Source of the DNA: Protoeuglena noctilucae
Taxonomy: Eukaryota
Length of the DNA: 64,000 nt
Assembly: GCA_958009085.1 (NCBI GenBank)
Contig: OY253678.1
Location: 186,001-250,000 of the forward strand
Direction: 5' to 3'
Below are positions 62,122 through 64,000 of the stretch, in pieces. The translations under genes and the position numbers were made by a program. Each line of letters begins with the position of its first letter. Position 1 is the first letter of the stretch. The notes below the pieces were generated by a model. It saw nothing but the letters and a program-made list of their open reading frames with translations. It was not told the DNA's origin and did no database searches.

Positions 62122-64000
62122 TTAGCCCAGCCTTTCTAAGCCGCCACCCACCTCGGCAGGGAAAGTCTGCAGGCCAGCGACGTTGTTGAGGTTCGAAGTC
62201 ATGCGATTCAGCTTCTCCCGGGGCATCAGGGGCTTGGAGGTTGCTCGCTGTGGGAGGGCGTTGACCTTGTGCCAGGGCTGCACCCCAGGCGCGCCACCCG
62301 GGGGTTCCGACGGTGAAGGCAGCGACCCGACCTGAGATAACAGGTCACCATTGCTGGAGTTGAGGAAGTGCCACGAGCCAGGCAGCGCCCATGGTGCCGC
62401 AGGCAGCACGCCACCCATCACGTACCTGCAGCGCCTTGCTCGGTCCAGGGATTCCGCCGCTGTTTTGCCTGGTGGATCCAATCTTTTGCAGGGCGGGAGG
62501 AGGGCGGGGTCTGCAGGTGACAAGACGGGTCTGCCGTCGGCTGTGGACCCCGTCAAGCCTCCTGCCCGCATCCACAGCTTGACGCCTCACCTCCCCGCCG
62601 CGCCCCTCCCCGGAGCCCCAGGCAGGGAGCTCGGAGTGGCGGCCCCTCCCGCCACCCCTCCCGAGCCCGCGCGCTCCACCGGCCCCGCCGTGGCCCGCGC
62701 GTTGCTGGGGCCCACCGAGAGGAGGTTGCCTCCCGAGGCAGGCACCTCCAGGGAGCGCCCGCTGGGGCCGCTCGATGCGAGGAGGGCGTCCGAGGACAGC
62801 CCCGCGCCCACGGAGCTCCTCAGGGAGTGCCCCCGGGAGAGCGCGGCCGACGGGGTGGCCGAGCTGCGCCCGGGCACGGCGGGGGAAGAAGCCACGGGCT
62901 CCGACGCGCGCGCCGGCCCGACGCCCAGGCCCAGCTGCATCTGCGTCGCGCCCTTCCGCAGCATCCCCTGGCCCCTGCTGGCCGCCCCGAAGCCCATGCC
63001 CGTGCCGCCCCCCGCCCCCGCGGCCGGGCGCCCCGGCAGCCCCTGCAGGGACATGCTGAGGGGGTTGGCCGCCGCGGGCTTGGCCGCCGCCCCGCCGAGG
63101 GAGCTCGTCGAAAGGGCCGCGGAGCTGCTGCGCATGGGCCGGGCGCTCTTGTCCTGCGCGGCGCGCAGCAGCGGGTTGACTGGGGCCGCGTCCGGCGACT
63201 GCATCTGCGTCGGGCTCGGGCTCGGCTGGGCGCTGTCCCCCGCGCTCTCCTGGGACTCGCCCCCCTCTGCGTCGCCCGGGAACCCGTCCTCGTCCGGCAG
63301 CGCGATGCCCAGCTCGCTGTTCTTCATCTTCTGCTTGAAGACGTTCCGCGCAATGTGCTTCATCTGCGCCGCCATCTGGCGCTCCCGCAGCTTGGAGTCG
63401 GCCGCCACCCTCTCCTCGGCCTTCTTGCCCCGCTCCTCGCGGCGCCGGGCCGCCTCCTCCCGCCTGCGCGCGCAGGGACCGACGGCTAGTCCGCTCCACG
63501 CCCCCCGAGTGCCGGCGCCACACAGGGCCCCCGCCCAGCGCCCCGCCCCTCACTTTCGCTCCTGGTCCTTGAGGGACGCGAGGTACTTGCGGTGCTTCTC
63601 GGCCTTCTCCTCCTCCAACTGCAGCCGCTTGCGGATGGCCAGCCACATGCGCACGTTCTTCTGGATCACGACCGCCGCGTTCTCCTTCACACTGCGGGAG
63701 GGCAAGCCGAGGAACTCGATGCCGCGCGGCTTCCTGGGCGGGCGGCATGGAGCCCTCCCCCAGTCTCTCCCCATCCGCACCGCATGCTCTCGAGCTGCCG
63801 CCGCGCGTAGACCCTCGCGGCCTCGCTCCGCTGCTTCTGGAGCTTGTTGAACTCGGCGGCGCGCTTGTCCCGCTGGTCGACCTGCTTGGTGTGCTGGATG
63901 ACCGTGAGGTGGTGGTGAATGTCGTCGTTCACCACGTTCTCGGCCACCTGCATGTAGAGCTCCATGGCCCTCCTCTGCTCGTCGGACGGGCCCTTGCGCT
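62122..64000 (-). CDS. 3' part of an IQ-motif / coiled-coil protein with a low-complexity tail (5' end lies outside the window)
   Basis: AAVVIQKNVRMWLAIRKR (IQxxxR) followed by a charged coiled coil and an Ala/Gly/Ser-rich tail. Stop at 62122. Confidence 0.6.

Noticed and set aside
1..64000. Hundreds of long overlapping or antisense ORFs in the six-frame track
   Set aside because: Expected from stop-codon scarcity at very high GC. They are Pro/Arg/Ala-rich shadows of real exons with no recognisable motifs.
1..64000. Alternative genetic code (TAA/TAG read as Gln, as in some ulvophytes)
   Set aside because: In-frame stops fall inside introns, and the genes terminate with TAA, TAG and TGA at expected positions.

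Overview
This is eukaryotic nuclear DNA: very GC-rich, compact and intron-dense, most consistent with a flagellated chlorophyte green alga (CFAP54, plastid-type DUF3685 and beta-amylase genes). The raw ORF track is fragmented by spliceosomal introns, so I rebuilt gene models by hand from donor/acceptor sites and reading-frame continuity. About 18 genes result, in order: DCD-domain plus TRF4-type poly(A) polymerase fusion, CFAP54, DUF3685/Ycf55-like, F-box plus RCC1, small membrane protein, TM-TPR-START, TMF1/golgin-like, CTU2, TraB family, DNA polymerase theta, a small RxL-motif protein, JmjC, SnoaL-like, beta-amylase, putative beta-barrel, LMW-PTP, aminopeptidase P and a partial IQ-motif gene. 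I found no rRNA, tRNA, CRISPR or mobile element. The most notable observations are: (1) an unusually high frequency of GC-AG introns; (2) a POTRA-like domain inserted inside the TraB protein; (3) the DCD-TRF4 fusion; (4) a candidate bicistronic CKI-like/POLQ pair; (5) a C/G skew that oscillates in phase with splice sites; (6) a +1 frameshift in the beta-amylase gene. All gene models are manual and lack RNA support.
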